Positions 13,075 through 23,806 of a stretch of DNA of 64,000 bases are shown here, piece after piece; positions within the stretch are counted from its first letter, which is position 1; the number at the start of each line of letters is the position of its first letter. The position numbers were made by a program, and so were the translations under genes. The DNA is from Faecousia sp. GTDB taxonomy: Bacteria; Bacillota; Clostridia; Oscillospirales; Oscillospiraceae. The stretch covers positions 40,118 through 104,117 of the forward strand of contig JAZQTN010000031.1 of assembly GCA_045630825.1 (NCBI GenBank), read 5' to 3'. The notes beneath the pieces are model-generated. The model did no database searches. It was not told the origin of the DNA and worked only from the letters and a program-made list of their open reading frames with translations.

Positions 13075-13386
13075 ATGAAGGACAATATTATTGGGATTAT
13101 TTCAGTAGCTATCATATTGATCATTCTGGCATTATACCTCGTTGAATTTTTGCACAGTAGATATGGAAAGGTTAAAACGGTAAAGGCGACTGTTATACAC
13201 AAGCAGACCGTGGAAACATTCTCACAATATTCTGGAAATGGCATGCATACAAAGTATTGCGTAACATTCCAAATGGGCGATAAAAGACGCTCTTTTTATG
13301 TTTCTGAATTCTCCTACAGAGGATATAAAATAGGGGAATCAGGAATGCTCAAGCACAAAGGAAGTAGAATAATTGATTTTAGTTAA
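13075..13386 (+). CDS. DUF2500-like membrane-anchored protein
   Basis: N-terminal TM, TVKATVIHK, YCVTF...F.V....Y...G.SG.L...G pattern; AT-rich. Confidence 0.65.
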   Translation: MKDNIIGIISVAIILIILALYLVEFLHSRYGKVKTVKATVIHKQTVETFSQYSGNGMHTKYCVTFQMGDKRRSFYVSEFSYRGYKIGESGMLKHKGSRIIDFS

Positions 13387-13407
13387 GTACTTAGGAGAAC
13401 GAGCGCT

Positions 13408-14295
13408 ATGAAGACAAAAACCGCTATGATCACCATTGCAGGCCGGCCGAATGTAGGCAAATCCACTCTGACCAACTATCTGGTTGGAGAGAAGATCGCA
13501 ATTGTGTCCAACAAGCCTCAGACAACCCGTAACCGGATTTGTGGCGTGCTGACAAGAGAAGATACCCAGTTCGTATTTGTGGACACTCCGGGCTATCACA
13601 AGGCTCGCACAAAACTGGGTGATTATATGGTCAATGTGGCAAGAGAATCCATCTCGGATGTCGACCTGACCATTCTGGTAGTCGAGCCCATCGCATCCAT
13701 CGGTCCACAGGAAGAGGGCTTGCTGGAGCGAATTAAGGGCAGTAACTGTCCTGCTGTGCTGGCTATCAATAAGATTGACACCGTGGAAAAGGAAAAACTG
13801 TTGGAAGTTATTGATGTATATTCCAAGGCTGCTGACTTTGTTGCGATTATTCCCATTTGTGCAAAGAATGGCGACGGTGTGGACGCACTGCTGGAACTGT
13901 GCGGAAAATATGCGGTGGAAAGTCCTTTCCTGTTCCCGGAAGATATAACTACTGACCAGCCGGAACGGCAGGTGATGGCAGAAATTATCCGGGAGAAGTT
14001 GCTGTGGTGTTTGGATCGTGAGATACCCCACGGAACTGCTGTAGAGATTACCACATTCTCCGAACGGGATAACGGCATCATCGATATCGATGCCACAATT
14101 TACTGTGAAAAAGCCAGCCATAAGGGCATTATCATCGGCAAGCAAGGCGCAATGCTGAAGAAGATTTCAACGATGGCCCGAAATGATTGCGAGAGATTTA
14201 TGGGCACCAAAGTATTCCTGACCACATGGGTCAAGGTTAAGGAAAACTGGAGAGACAGTGATTTCCTGGTGCGTAATTTTGGCTACAGCGAATAA
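13408..14295 (+). CDS. era: GTPase Era
   Basis: GRPNVGKST, KPQTTR, DTPG, NKID, KH domain. Confidence 0.97.
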   Translation: MKTKTAMITIAGRPNVGKSTLTNYLVGEKIAIVSNKPQTTRNRICGVLTREDTQFVFVDTPGYHKARTKLGDYMVNVARESISDVDLTILVVEPIASIGPQEEGLLERIKGSNCPAVLAINKIDTVEKEKLLEVIDVYSKAADFVAIIPICAKNGDGVDALLELCGKYAVESPFLFPEDITTDQPERQVMAEIIREKLLWCLDREIPHGTAVEITTFSERDNGIIDIDATIYCEKASHKGIIIGKQGAMLKKISTMARNDCERFMGTKVFLTTWVKVKENWRDSDFLVRNFGYSE

Positions 14296-14342
14296 TTTCC
14301 AGTGTGATTTTCGTCTCTTCTGCAAACCCTATCATCGGAGGG

Positions 14343-14492
14343 ATGAAAATGAATGCTGCAGATTATTGGAGTATCTTTATGGAAACGGGCGCACCTGAGG
14401 CGTATATTGCCTACACTAGAGCGCTGAAGATGGAGGAAAACCATGTATTTGACGACACGGGGCTTGGTGCTGAGGGTCACAGATTACAATGA
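14343..14492 (+). CDS. YqzL-family small protein
   Basis: YWSIFMETGAPEAY matches the YqzL W..F..TG....Y pattern; lies between era and recO as in Bacillus; GGAGG RBS. Confidence 0.65.
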   Translation: MKMNAADYWSIFMETGAPEAYIAYTRALKMEENHVFDDTGLGAEGHRLQ

Positions 14493-15186
14493 CCACGATG
14501 CGCTGCTGACATTGCTGACGCCGAATTACGGTAAGCTGACGGTGAAAGCCAGAGGCTTGCGGCGTCGCAACAGTCCATTGACAGCTCCTTGTCAGCTTTT
14601 GGCTTTCGGTGAATACACGCTGTTTGAATACAAGAGTATGTACACCATCAATGAAGCGGTTTCTGTGGAACTGTTCCAGTCCCTACGAAGAGATATCACA
14701 AAACTCTCTCTGGGAACATATTTTTGTCAGGTTACTGAGGTGTTGTCCCAGGAAGATTTGCCAAATCCTGAGCTTTTAAGTCTTGTGCTTAACTGCCTGC
14801 ACGGAATCTCCGCGCTGGGTATACCGGAAAGTAAGGTTAAGGCAGTTTTTGAACTCCGAGCGGTCAGCCTTGCCGGATATATGCCGGATATTTCCGGCTG
14901 TCATAGGTGCGGCAGTGAAACGCCGGATCGGTTCGATATTTCCGCAGGACGTATGGAGTGCGCTGCCTGCCGTGCGATGGACTCTGACGGACTTAGGTTT
15001 CCAGTGAATCCCGGTATTGTTGCGGCGATGCGGTATATTGTTTTTTGCGATCCAAAGAAGTTGTTTGCCTTTGAATTGGGTGAGGAGAATACGGATCAGC
15101 TTTCCCATCTGACTGAGGCTTATTTAACAAGACAGCTGGAACGCGGTTTCTCAACACTGGATTTTTATAAATCCCTGTACATTTAG
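14443..15186 (+). CDS. recO: DNA repair protein RecO
   Basis: GLVLRVTDY, GKLTVKARG, Zn finger CHRC...CAAC. Confidence 0.93.
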   Translation: MYLTTRGLVLRVTDYNDHDALLTLLTPNYGKLTVKARGLRRRNSPLTAPCQLLAFGEYTLFEYKSMYTINEAVSVELFQSLRRDITKLSLGTYFCQVTEVLSQEDLPNPELLSLVLNCLHGISALGIPESKVKAVFELRAVSLAGYMPDISGCHRCGSETPDRFDISAGRMECAACRAMDSDGLRFPVNPGIVAAMRYIVFCDPKKLFAFELGEENTDQLSHLTEAYLTRQLERGFSTLDFYKSLYI

Positions 15187-15195
15187 GAGTTAAAA

Positions 15196-17571
15196 ATGTC
15201 CCAATTATACGATAGATCTTTGATGAAATTGGAACTGGATCAAATCCTGGAGCAGCTTTCTGCCTGCGCCGGTAGCAGTGCCGGTAAGGAGGCTTGCCTG
15301 GGTCTGCGGCCCAGTTCTGATCTGGAAGAGGTAAAGGCACTTCTGGAGCAGACAACAGCCGCTTCGGATATCTGCACCCGCAAGGGAAACCCCTCCTTTT
15401 CCGGTGTTACGGATGTTTCGGCATCCCTGGAGCGCGCTGATCGGGGCGGTTGCCTGCAGCCTGTTGAACTGCTGCATATTGCGGCGGTGCTTCGCTGCGC
15501 CCGTAATATGAAAAGCTACAGTGATGAGGAGGACAAGTCTACTGTTCTTGACACACTGTTTCAGGCTCTGATTGCCAATAAATATCTGGAAGACCGCATC
15601 AGCGGCGCCATTCTTTCGGAGGACGAGATTGCTGACAATGCCAGTCCTGCACTGTCCGACATCCGTCGACATATGCGGATCGAGGCGGGCAAAATTAAGG
15701 ACAGCCTGCAGAAGATGATCTCTTCTCCGGCATATTCCAAGTATCTCAGAGAACCTATTATCACCATTCGTCAGGGACGGTATGTGGTTCCTGTTAAGAG
15801 CGAGCACCGGGCAGATGTACCAGGACTTGTACACGATGTTTCCGCCACCGGTTCGACATATTTTGTTGAGCCTATGTCTGCCGTCAATGCCAATAATGCT
15901 CTGCGGGACCTTGAATTTAAGGAAAAGAAAGAGATTGAGCGGATTCTTTCTGAACTTTCTGCAGAGGCTGCTGCACACCGGGAGGATATCGCACTGAATG
16001 TGAATCTTTTGGTCCAGCTGGATGTGATCTTTGCAAAGGCTCGACTTGCATATCGGATGCGCGCCTGGGAGCCGCTGATGAATGATACGGGTATTGTGGA
16101 ATTGAAAAATGCCCGCCATCCGCTGATAGATCCCAAGTCTGTTGTGCCTATTTCTGTTCGGTTGGGCAAAGATTTTGATTCTATGATCATTACCGGCCCC
16201 AATACCGGCGGTAAGACAGTTACCTTGAAAACAATAGGCTTGCTTACTTTGATGGCGGAGTGTGGCTTGCATATTCCGGCGGGAGATGGCAGCCAACTTT
16301 CTACATTCGATTCAATTCTTGCGGATATTGGCGATGAGCAGTCTATCGCTCAGAGCCTGTCCACATTCTCCAGCCATATGCGCACCATCGTTGATATTGT
16401 AGATGAGTGCGATGACAGAACGCTGGTTTTGTTTGATGAGTTGGGCGCAGGCACTGACCCTGCCGAGGGTGCGGCGCTTGCTATTGCTTTGATTGAATTC
16501 TGCCGTAAGATGGGCAGCCGCGTGGTGGCAACAACCCACTATGCTGAACTGAAACTTTATGCGATGCGCACAAAGGGTGTTATCAACGCCTCTTGTGAGT
16601 TTAATGTGGAGACTCTGCAGCCAACCTACAAGCTGCTGATCGGTGTTCCGGGTAAATCTAATGCCTTTGCCATTTCTCGCAAACTGGGGCTTTCTGAGGA
16701 TATTTTGAAAGAAGCGGACGATCTTGTCGGTAAGAGTGATAAGGATTTTGAAGATGTTCTTTCTCAGCTGGAATCTCAGCGGCAGCAGATGGAGGCTGCA
16801 CGCATTGAAGCAGAACGCCTGCGTACGGAAACCGAGAAAATCAAGCGCCAAAGCGAAGAGTACAGTGCCCAGATGCAAAAGGAAAAGGATAGGGCTTTTG
16901 AAGCTGCCCGGCGGGAGGCACAGCAGATCATTGATGATGCCCGCGTAATGGCGAACAGGGCGGCAGAGGAACTCAAGGGACTCCGTAAACAGCTGGAAAG
17001 TGGTGATGCAAACGGTATCAACCAGAAACAGACTGAACTTCGCAGAGGATTGAATGAAGCGGAAAGCAAGATCCGTTCCGGCCAGCAAACCGTCAAACGC
17101 CCAGAGCCTACCCGTGCGGTGATGGTTGGAGACACCGTTGAACTGCTGAAGCTAGGTACAAAAGCCAGTGTCATTGCAATTAATAAGGATGGCACTTATT
17201 TACTTCAGGCAGGCATTCTGAAGATGTCCGCCAAGCCGGATGAAGTATATCTACTGGAGGTTGAAAGTCCATATAAAACAAAGGGAGGCAGACCGCAGCA
17301 TTCCGGCCGGGAGATGAAGATGGCTGCGATGGCCACGGAGATTGATCTTCGTGGTATGGATACTATTGAGGCTATTGGTGTCCTTGGAAGATATCTCGAT
17401 GAGGCGATGCGCTCCAATCTTACTACAGTTCGTATTATCCACGGCAAGGGGACAGGTGCACTCCGTGCGGCCGTCCAACAGGAACTGAGAAGAAACAAAT
17501 TTATTAAATCCTTCCGCCTTGGTATCTACGGAGAAGGTGAAGATGGCGTAACAATCGCCGATTTTCGGTGA
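15196..17571 (+). CDS. mutS2: Endonuclease MutS2
   Basis: GPNTGGKT, DELGAGTDP, C-terminal Smr domain (IDLRG..IIHGKGTG). Confidence 0.96.
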   Translation: MSQLYDRSLMKLELDQILEQLSACAGSSAGKEACLGLRPSSDLEEVKALLEQTTAASDICTRKGNPSFSGVTDVSASLERADRGGCLQPVELLHIAAVLRCARNMKSYSDEEDKSTVLDTLFQALIANKYLEDRISGAILSEDEIADNASPALSDIRRHMRIEAGKIKDSLQKMISSPAYSKYLREPIITIRQGRYVVPVKSEHRADVPGLVHDVSATGSTYFVEPMSAVNANNALRDLEFKEKKEIERILSELSAEAAAHREDIALNVNLLVQLDVIFAKARLAYRMRAWEPLMNDTGIVELKNARHPLIDPKSVVPISVRLGKDFDSMIITGPNTGGKTVTLKTIGLLTLMAECGLHIPAGDGSQLSTFDSILADIGDEQSIAQSLSTFSSHMRTIVDIVDECDDRTLVLFDELGAGTDPAEGAALAIALIEFCRKMGSRVVATTHYAELKLYAMRTKGVINASCEFNVETLQPTYKLLIGVPGKSNAFAISRKLGLSEDILKEADDLVGKSDKDFEDVLSQLESQRQQMEAARIEAERLRTETEKIKRQSEEYSAQMQKEKDRAFEAARREAQQIIDDARVMANRAAEELKGLRKQLESGDANGINQKQTELRRGLNEAESKIRSGQQTVKRPEPTRAVMVGDTVELLKLGTKASVIAINKDGTYLLQAGILKMSAKPDEVYLLEVESPYKTKGGRPQHSGREMKMAAMATEIDLRGMDTIEAIGVLGRYLDEAMRSNLTTVRIIHGKGTGALRAAVQQELRRNKFIKSFRLGIYGEGEDGVTIADFR

Positions 17572-17688
17572 TTTTTCGGACATATTTCACAGAATTTCGA
17601 AATGGTGTTGACTTTTTCGTTATATTTGTTATCATAGTATTCGGTTAATCTTGCGTCCACAAAGCAAGAACAGTAAGGAGAGTGTACT

Positions 17689-17949
17689 ATGTTTAACAAG
17701 GAAATCGTTGTGCGCTGCGAGTCCGGCTTGCATAACCGTCAGGCTACATACTTTGTGCAGAAGGCCAACGAGTTCGAAAGCAGTATTTGGCTGGAGTCCG
17801 GCAATCGGAAAATGAACGCCAAGAGCCTGCTTGGCATTATGTCCATGGGCATCGTTACCGGCGCTACAGTTACATTGTCTGCCGTTGGCTCCGATGCAGA
17901 GGCGGCTGTAAACGCGCTGGAGACTTTGCTTCAGCAGGATGTATACTGA
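17689..17949 (+). CDS. HPr-family phosphocarrier protein
   Basis: GLHNRQA (His15 retained), NAKSLLG (Ser46). Confidence 0.9.
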   Translation: MFNKEIVVRCESGLHNRQATYFVQKANEFESSIWLESGNRKMNAKSLLGIMSMGIVTGATVTLSAVGSDAEAAVNALETLLQQDVY

Positions 17950-17965
17950 TTACCACTGTGTGCAA

Positions 17966-17997
17966 ACCGCCTCAATGCGTAAGAGCATTGGGGCGGT
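17966..17997 (+). terminator. Hairpin after HPr gene
   Basis: ACCGCCTCAATGC-GTAAGA-GCATTGGGGCGGT followed by ACTTTT. Confidence 0.65.
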
Positions 17998-18015
17998 ACT
18001 TTTATGGGGTGCAAT

Positions 18016-19836
18016 ATGACATTTGAGCAACTAAAGGAAAAAGCCCGGAGCTTGCCCTTGGCGCCCGGAGTATATATTATGCGGGATAAGACGGATAAGG
18101 TGATCTATGTCGGCAAGGCAAAGAAACTGAAAAACCGTGTCAGCCAGTATTTTCAGGACACTGCATCCCATACGCCAAAGACCCGCATTATGGTGTCTAA
18201 AATCGATCGGTTTGATGTGATTATTGCGGCATCGGAGTTTGAAGCGCTGGTGCTTGAATGTTCGTTGATCAAACGATATATGCCCAAGTACAATATCCTT
18301 TTGAAGGATGATAAGGGATATCCCTATCTGCGGTTGGATATGAAAGAGGCGTATCCTAGGCTGAAATTGGTTAGTAAACTTTCGAAAGATGGCGCTGGAT
18401 ATTTTGGCCCGTATGGTAGCCGCAGTGTAACACAAAGTGTTTTGGAAGCCATTCGATCTACATTAAAATTGCCCAATTGCAACAAAGAATTTCCAAGAGA
18501 TATCGGCAAAAACCGGCCTTGCCTGAATTTTCATATGAACCAGTGTGCCGGCTGGTGTCAAAGCGAAAAGACACAGGAACAGTACCGGGAAGTTATGGAA
18601 CAGGCAAGACAGCTGCTCCTCGGGAATTATAAAGGTGTTGCTGACGGTATTCATAAGCAGATGCTGGCTGCTTCAGAGAATCTGGAATTTGAACTTGCTG
18701 CATCCCTCAGAGATCGTCTTAACGCCGTTGAGCAGCTTGGCCAGAAGCAGACGGTAACCGCCGGTGCATTGGCAGATACAGATGTCATAGGATATTCTGA
18801 GACGGAGAGCAAGGCTTGTTTTGCTGTCTTGCATTTCCGCGGTGGCAATCTGCTGGACAAGGACTATGAGGTTTTCTCTGCACCGGATGATAAGGAAGCA
18901 GCTGTTTCCAGTCTGATCAAGCAGTTTTATCTTAGCCGTGGAATGGCGCCCAAACGGGTATTTCTGCCTTTTAAGATCGATGACAGCGAACTTTTTGCCC
19001 AATTTTTGCAGCAGCAATTTAGCACAGTTACGCGGTTGTCGATTCCCCAGCGCGGGGAGAATATGCGCTTGGTGGAGCTTGCTAATAAAAATGCATTTGA
19101 AGAAGCAAACCGGGTTACCGGTAAGGAGGAACGGGTTTCCGCCACCTTGGCACTGCTTGGAAAAATGCTGAATATGGAGCCCCCTGTAAGAATAGAATCT
19201 TTTGATATTTCCAATATCTCCGGCACGGATATCGTCGCTAGCATGGTTGTTTTTCAGGACGGAAAGCCCAGGAGCGCTGATTATAAGCGCTTTAAGCTGG
19301 AGGGGATGGATGGCCAGGATGACTATGGTTCCATGCGGCAGGTTATCTTGCGCCGGTTTACGCATTATAAGGCAGGGGATAAGGGGTTTGATGTTGCGCC
19401 GAGTCTTCTGCTGATTGATGGTGGTGTTAATCACGCTAATGTGGCTGTGGAGGCTCTCAGTGAGCTGAATCTGTTCTTTCCTGTGTTTGGTATGGTCAAG
19501 GATGATCGACACCGTACACGGGCGCTGGTAACCCCGGAAGGGAAGGAGATCTCCATCAGCAATCAGCAGGCTGTTTTTACGCTGATCGGCAATATCCAGG
19601 AGCATACCCATAATTTTGCGATTCGCTATCACCGTCATCTGCGTAGCAAGCGGCTGCGTTACTCTCAGTTGGACGGAATCGCAGGAATCGGTCCCAAGCG
19701 GAAACAGCAGTTACTGAAAACGTTTAAATCCCTGACAAATATCGGCAAAGCCTCTATTGAAGAATTGGAGCGAATCTTGCCGAGAGATGCTGCTGCTGCA
19801 GTTTATCACCATTTTCACCCGAAAGGAGATGCCTAA
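18016..19836 (+). CDS. uvrC: Excinuclease ABC subunit C
   Basis: GIY-YIG (PGVY..IYVGKAK), IESFDISN, IDGG, HhH domain. Confidence 0.96.
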   Translation: MTFEQLKEKARSLPLAPGVYIMRDKTDKVIYVGKAKKLKNRVSQYFQDTASHTPKTRIMVSKIDRFDVIIAASEFEALVLECSLIKRYMPKYNILLKDDKGYPYLRLDMKEAYPRLKLVSKLSKDGAGYFGPYGSRSVTQSVLEAIRSTLKLPNCNKEFPRDIGKNRPCLNFHMNQCAGWCQSEKTQEQYREVMEQARQLLLGNYKGVADGIHKQMLAASENLEFELAASLRDRLNAVEQLGQKQTVTAGALADTDVIGYSETESKACFAVLHFRGGNLLDKDYEVFSAPDDKEAAVSSLIKQFYLSRGMAPKRVFLPFKIDDSELFAQFLQQQFSTVTRLSIPQRGENMRLVELANKNAFEEANRVTGKEERVSATLALLGKMLNMEPPVRIESFDISNISGTDIVASMVVFQDGKPRSADYKRFKLEGMDGQDDYGSMRQVILRRFTHYKAGDKGFDVAPSLLLIDGGVNHANVAVEALSELNLFFPVFGMVKDDRHRTRALVTPEGKEISISNQQAVFTLIGNIQEHTHNFAIRYHRHLRSKRLRYSQLDGIAGIGPKRKQQLLKTFKSLTNIGKASIEELERILPRDAAAAVYHHFHPKGDA

Positions 19837-19837
19837 A

Positions 19838-20380
19838 TTGCGTGTAATCTCTGGAAAAGCCCGAGGCATACAATTGAAAACTCCTGAGGGTCTCCGCACC
19901 CGTCCTACTGCAGATCGTGTCAAGGAAGCACTGTTCAGCATCATCCAGTTTGATGTTCCCGGAACACGGGTACTGGATCTGTTTGGCGGTACCGGACAGC
20001 TGGGTATTGAGGCTCTGAGCCGTGGTGCGAAAAGTGCTGTCTTTGTTGATGCGGATGAAAAAGCATGTAATTTGATCAAGGAAAATCTTCATCGCTGCAA
20101 GATGGATGCGGATGGTCAGGTGATCCGTGGGGATTATCTGGATTATCTGACCCGTTGCCGCCAGAAATTTGATATTATTTTGCTGGATCCGCCTTATGCA
20201 GAAGTTTTTTTAGAAAATTCACTAAAAAAGATAACGGAAATTGACATTTTGGAATCTGGTGGTATAATAGTAGCGGAACGCCCTGTCGGGAAGGAACTTT
20301 TGTGCGATTTTTCCGGTTTTTCGCGTTCTAAGGACTATAAGTACGGTCAAACGCTACTGACCCTTTACCGAAAGGACTAG
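19838..20380 (+). CDS. rsmD: 16S rRNA m2G966 methyltransferase
   Basis: RVISG, RPTADRVKEALF, LDPPY; probable TTG start 19838 (ATG 19829 is an alternative). Confidence 0.92.
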   Translation: MRVISGKARGIQLKTPEGLRTRPTADRVKEALFSIIQFDVPGTRVLDLFGGTGQLGIEALSRGAKSAVFVDADEKACNLIKENLHRCKMDADGQVIRGDYLDYLTRCRQKFDIILLDPPYAEVFLENSLKKITEIDILESGGIIVAERPVGKELLCDFSGFSRSKDYKYGQTLLTLYRKD

Positions 20381-20383
20381 GAT

Positions 20384-20887
20384 ATGAAGATCGCCATCTA
20401 TCCGGGCAGCTTTGATCCGGTAACCAGCGGACATTTGAATATTATCCGCAGAGCAGCGAATATTTTTGACCGGCTGATCGTTTGTGTAATGGTTAACGCG
20501 GGAAAGAATCCTATGTTCTCTCAGGAAGAGCGTGTGGGGATGATCCGTAAAGTTACTGCGGATATCCCAAATGTTGAGGTCGACAGCTCCAATGAACTTT
20601 TGGCAGACTATGCAAGACGCAAAGGCAGCTGTGTAATTGTTAAGGGCCTTCGTGCAGGCTCTGACTTTGAAAATGAGTTCCAGATGTCGCTGATCAATCA
20701 TAAGATCAACCCTAATCTGGATACGATGTTTCTTACGGCCGAGCATCAATATATGTATCTAAGCTCCAGTACTGTCAAGGAGTTGGCGGTCTATGATGTG
20801 GATCTGTCGGACTTCCTTCCGGAGCAAATTATAGATGAATTTAAAAAACGTGTATCTACCATACATCAAGGAGGAAATAGAAAATGA
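20384..20887 (+). CDS. coaD: Phosphopantetheine adenylyltransferase
   Basis: IYPGSFDPVTSGH, KGLRAGSDFENE, SSSTVKE. Confidence 0.96.
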   Translation: MKIAIYPGSFDPVTSGHLNIIRRAANIFDRLIVCVMVNAGKNPMFSQEERVGMIRKVTADIPNVEVDSSNELLADYARRKGSCVIVKGLRAGSDFENEFQMSLINHKINPNLDTMFLTAEHQYMYLSSSTVKELAVYDVDLSDFLPEQIIDEFKKRVSTIHQGGNRK

Positions 20888-21366
20888 ACGAGCAGCACAT
20901 TGAAGATATCATCAGTGCACTGTACACTATGGTGGAGGATGCCCGCGCACTGCCTCTGGGCGCCGACAAGTGCATTCTGGAGCGCGACAAGGTTCTGGAT
21001 ATGTTGGATGAGATCATCGCCCAGATGCCTGCAGAACTGAAGCAGTCCCGCGCTATTGTGGAATCCCGTAACGAACTGATCGGCCAGGCTCGCCGCGAGG
21101 CTGAGGGCATTGTCCGTGAAGCACAGCAGAAGGCCGGTGAACTGGTTTCCGAGCAGGCTATCTATCTGGAAGCAAAGCGTCAGTGCCAGGAGATGGTTGA
21201 GGCAGCTCAGAACCGTATTGAGCAGCTGAAGCAGGCAAGCAACGCCTATATGGACGATGCTTTGCGTGGCACCGAGGATACGATTGCTCAGGCTTTGGCT
21301 GAAGTCCGCGAGACCCGCGCCCGTTTCCATGTTCTGACTGCGACTAAGCCCGCTGAAGAAGAGTAA
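20884..21366 (+). CDS. Conserved coiled-coil protein downstream of coaD (DivIVA/ATPase-subunit-like)
   Basis: Heptad-rich; MVEDARALPL...PAELKQ; usual position after coaD in Clostridia. Confidence 0.8.
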   Translation: MNEQHIEDIISALYTMVEDARALPLGADKCILERDKVLDMLDEIIAQMPAELKQSRAIVESRNELIGQARREAEGIVREAQQKAGELVSEQAIYLEAKRQCQEMVEAAQNRIEQLKQASNAYMDDALRGTEDTIAQALAEVRETRARFHVLTATKPAEEE

Positions 21367-21382
21367 TCTAATTTGCATTTAT

Positions 21383-21419
21383 AAAGACAGCTCAAACTGA
21401 AAAGTTGAGCTGTCTTTTT
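21383..21419 (+). terminator. Intrinsic terminator
   Basis: AAAGACAGCTCAA...TTGAGCTGTCTTTTT. Confidence 0.8.
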
Positions 21420-21444
21420 CAAGGTTATTGCTAGGAGGATAATT

Positions 21445-23139
21445 ATGGATTATTTGGAGCGTTATCAATTTTGGTGCAATGCTGATCTGCCCGCAGATGA
21501 TAAAGAAGAACTGGCGCAGCTGAAGGGAAATGATGAAGAATTAAAGGGCCGCTTTGGCGGAGACCTGCAGTTCGGCACAGCTGGTATGCGCGGTATTATG
21601 GGCGTTGGCAGTAACCGTCTGAATATGCACACTGTCCGCAGAGCGGCACAGGGTATGGCTGCTTGGCTTAGTGGTACTGAACTTCCTAAGAAAGCTGCTA
21701 TTGGCTATGACTCCAGACACAATTCAAAATTGTTTGCCGAGATTTGCGCCGTTGCTTTTGCGGAATCCGGCATTGAGGTCTGGCTGTACGACCGGCTTGC
21801 GCCTACACCAATGTTGAGTTACGCCGTGCGCGAACTGGGTTGCGGTTGCGGCATTGTCATTTCTGCAAGCCATAATGCCGGCGCCTACAACGGTGTTAAG
21901 TGCTACGGTCCTGATGGCTGCCAGATGACAGATGAACCTGCAGCTGTGGTTACTGCCAAGATCGCAGAGATTCCGTTCTTCGTTCCGGCGAAGAAGAGTT
22001 TTGATGCGTATATGCTGGAAGGTCTGATCCACTATATCGGTCAGGATGTATGGGAACGCTACTACGAAACTGTTTTGAATGAGGCTGTGGATCCGGAGAT
22101 GATCCGCTCTGCGGGTTTGGATATTGTATATACTCCACTGTGCGGTACCGGTAATGAGCCTGTACGCACTGTTCTGGGCCGTCTGGGTGTAAATATCACG
22201 GTTGTAGGCTGTCAGGAGAAACCCGATGGCGATTTCAAGACCTGCGAATATCCCAACCCTGAAACGGATGCGGCGCTGAATGAAAGCTACAAGGTGGCAA
22301 GAACGGCTCCTTGTGATGTGATCCTGGGAACTGACCCGGATGCAGACAGAGTGGCAATTGCAGTTCCTGATGGTGATGGATTCCGTAAGCTTTCCGGTAA
22401 CGAACTGGGCTGTGTCCTGTTGGATTATATTCTGAAGGCTCGAACTGCCCGTGGCGATCTGCCTGAAGGTGCTGAAGCTGTGCGCAGTATTGTTTCCTCT
22501 GCGCTGGCGGATCGGATTGCGGAATATTACGGTATCCGTATGAAATGCGTTTTGACAGGCTTTAAGTACATCGGTGGCGAGATTTTGGATCTGGAGCAGA
22601 AGAATCAAGCTGACAGATTTGTCTTTGGCTTTGAGGAAAGCTGCGGTTACTTAAAGGGCACCTATGCACGCGATAAAGATGCTGTGGTTGCCTCTATGCT
22701 GGTGTGCGAGCTGGCTGCCTCCCTGAAGAAGGAAGGGAAGACCATTCTCGATGCACTGAACGGTCTGTACGCAAAGTTTGGTTATTATCTGGCACACGTT
22801 GAGAGTGTGGAACTTAGCGGCGCTGACGCCATGGAGAAGGCTGCCAGAATGATGGCTAACCTTCGAGAGAATGTACCTGCCACCATCGGCGGCGCCAAGG
22901 TTACCGGAGTCCGGGATTATAAGATCAGTCTGGCTACCGATCTGGAAACGGGTAAGACAGCCGTTATCGATCTGCCGAAGTCCAATGTTCTGGAGTTGCT
23001 GCTCGGCGATAAGGGAAGCGTTATCGCTCGTCCCTCTGGTACTGAGCCGAAAGTTAAGTTCTATTATACCGCTGTTGGCGCTACTGCAGATGAAGCTAGG
23101 GTGCTTTTGAAAGCCTGTGCAGCACAGATGGCGCAATAA
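21445..23139 (+). CDS. pgm: Phosphoglucomutase/phosphomannomutase
   Basis: FGTAGMRG, SASHN, DPDADR, FEES, RPSGTEPK. Confidence 0.95.
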   Translation: MDYLERYQFWCNADLPADDKEELAQLKGNDEELKGRFGGDLQFGTAGMRGIMGVGSNRLNMHTVRRAAQGMAAWLSGTELPKKAAIGYDSRHNSKLFAEICAVAFAESGIEVWLYDRLAPTPMLSYAVRELGCGCGIVISASHNAGAYNGVKCYGPDGCQMTDEPAAVVTAKIAEIPFFVPAKKSFDAYMLEGLIHYIGQDVWERYYETVLNEAVDPEMIRSAGLDIVYTPLCGTGNEPVRTVLGRLGVNITVVGCQEKPDGDFKTCEYPNPETDAALNESYKVARTAPCDVILGTDPDADRVAIAVPDGDGFRKLSGNELGCVLLDYILKARTARGDLPEGAEAVRSIVSSALADRIAEYYGIRMKCVLTGFKYIGGEILDLEQKNQADRFVFGFEESCGYLKGTYARDKDAVVASMLVCELAASLKKEGKTILDALNGLYAKFGYYLAHVESVELSGADAMEKAARMMANLRENVPATIGGAKVTGVRDYKISLATDLETGKTAVIDLPKSNVLELLLGDKGSVIARPSGTEPKVKFYYTAVGATADEARVLLKACAAQMAQ

Positions 23140-23148
23140 ATGCATTTT

Positions 23149-23179
23149 ATGACCGGGAGGAAACTCCCGGTCATTTTTC
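23149..23179 (+). terminator. Intrinsic terminator
   Basis: ATGACCGGGAG-GAAA-CTCCCGGTCAT followed by TTTT. Confidence 0.8.
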
Positions 23180-23220
23180 TTTATGTTGAAGCATAGCTTG
23201 TATCGAAAGGGGAGAGGGGA

Positions 23221-23646
23221 ATGGCTAAAAAGCATAAATTGTCCCATAGTGGTATGTCGGTTCCGGTGTGCGTAGCAGTCGGTGCGATCAGTTGTCTGGC
23301 GGCGACGATGTTGGGTGCATTGCTGCTTGCGTATATGGTGGGGAATGAAACTGTTGGTATTGGCGGGATCGGGATAGGGTCGCTGCTTATACTGCTCCTG
23401 TCGACGGCGTTGGGGTGCTGGCTTGCCCGGGTGCTTGTAAAGGAAAAGCGACTTTTGGTGTGTGGTCTGACTGCTCTGACATTCTACTTGGTGCTGATCA
23501 GTATTACGGCTGTATTCTTTGATGGAATATACACAGGAATGGGCCTGACTTCGTTGCTGATTCTTGCTGGAGCAGGGGTATCTTTGCTCGTCGGATTGCG
23601 CAAAAAAGCGGGGAAAAGCAAGATCAAAATTCCTGCTTATCGTTAA
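23221..23646 (+). CDS. TIGR04086/DUF3792-like 4-TM membrane protein
   Basis: Four hydrophobic helices; sigmaE-like TCATTTT-14-CATAGCTT upstream. Confidence 0.65.
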   Translation: MAKKHKLSHSGMSVPVCVAVGAISCLAATMLGALLLAYMVGNETVGIGGIGIGSLLILLLSTALGCWLARVLVKEKRLLVCGLTALTFYLVLISITAVFFDGIYTGMGLTSLLILAGAGVSLLVGLRKKAGKSKIKIPAYR

Positions 23647-23806
23647 GTTGTACAAAAAATCACAGTGGGTAATTATAATTTACCCACTGCGTAAATTATG
23701 CAGGATGTCTTGCAAAAACTACATTTAGTGTGCGCTGAAATGGCTGTGCGCAATATGTGGCGAAATAAGCGAAAATGGTACAAATTTCTTTTGAGAGGGT
23801 TTCCTG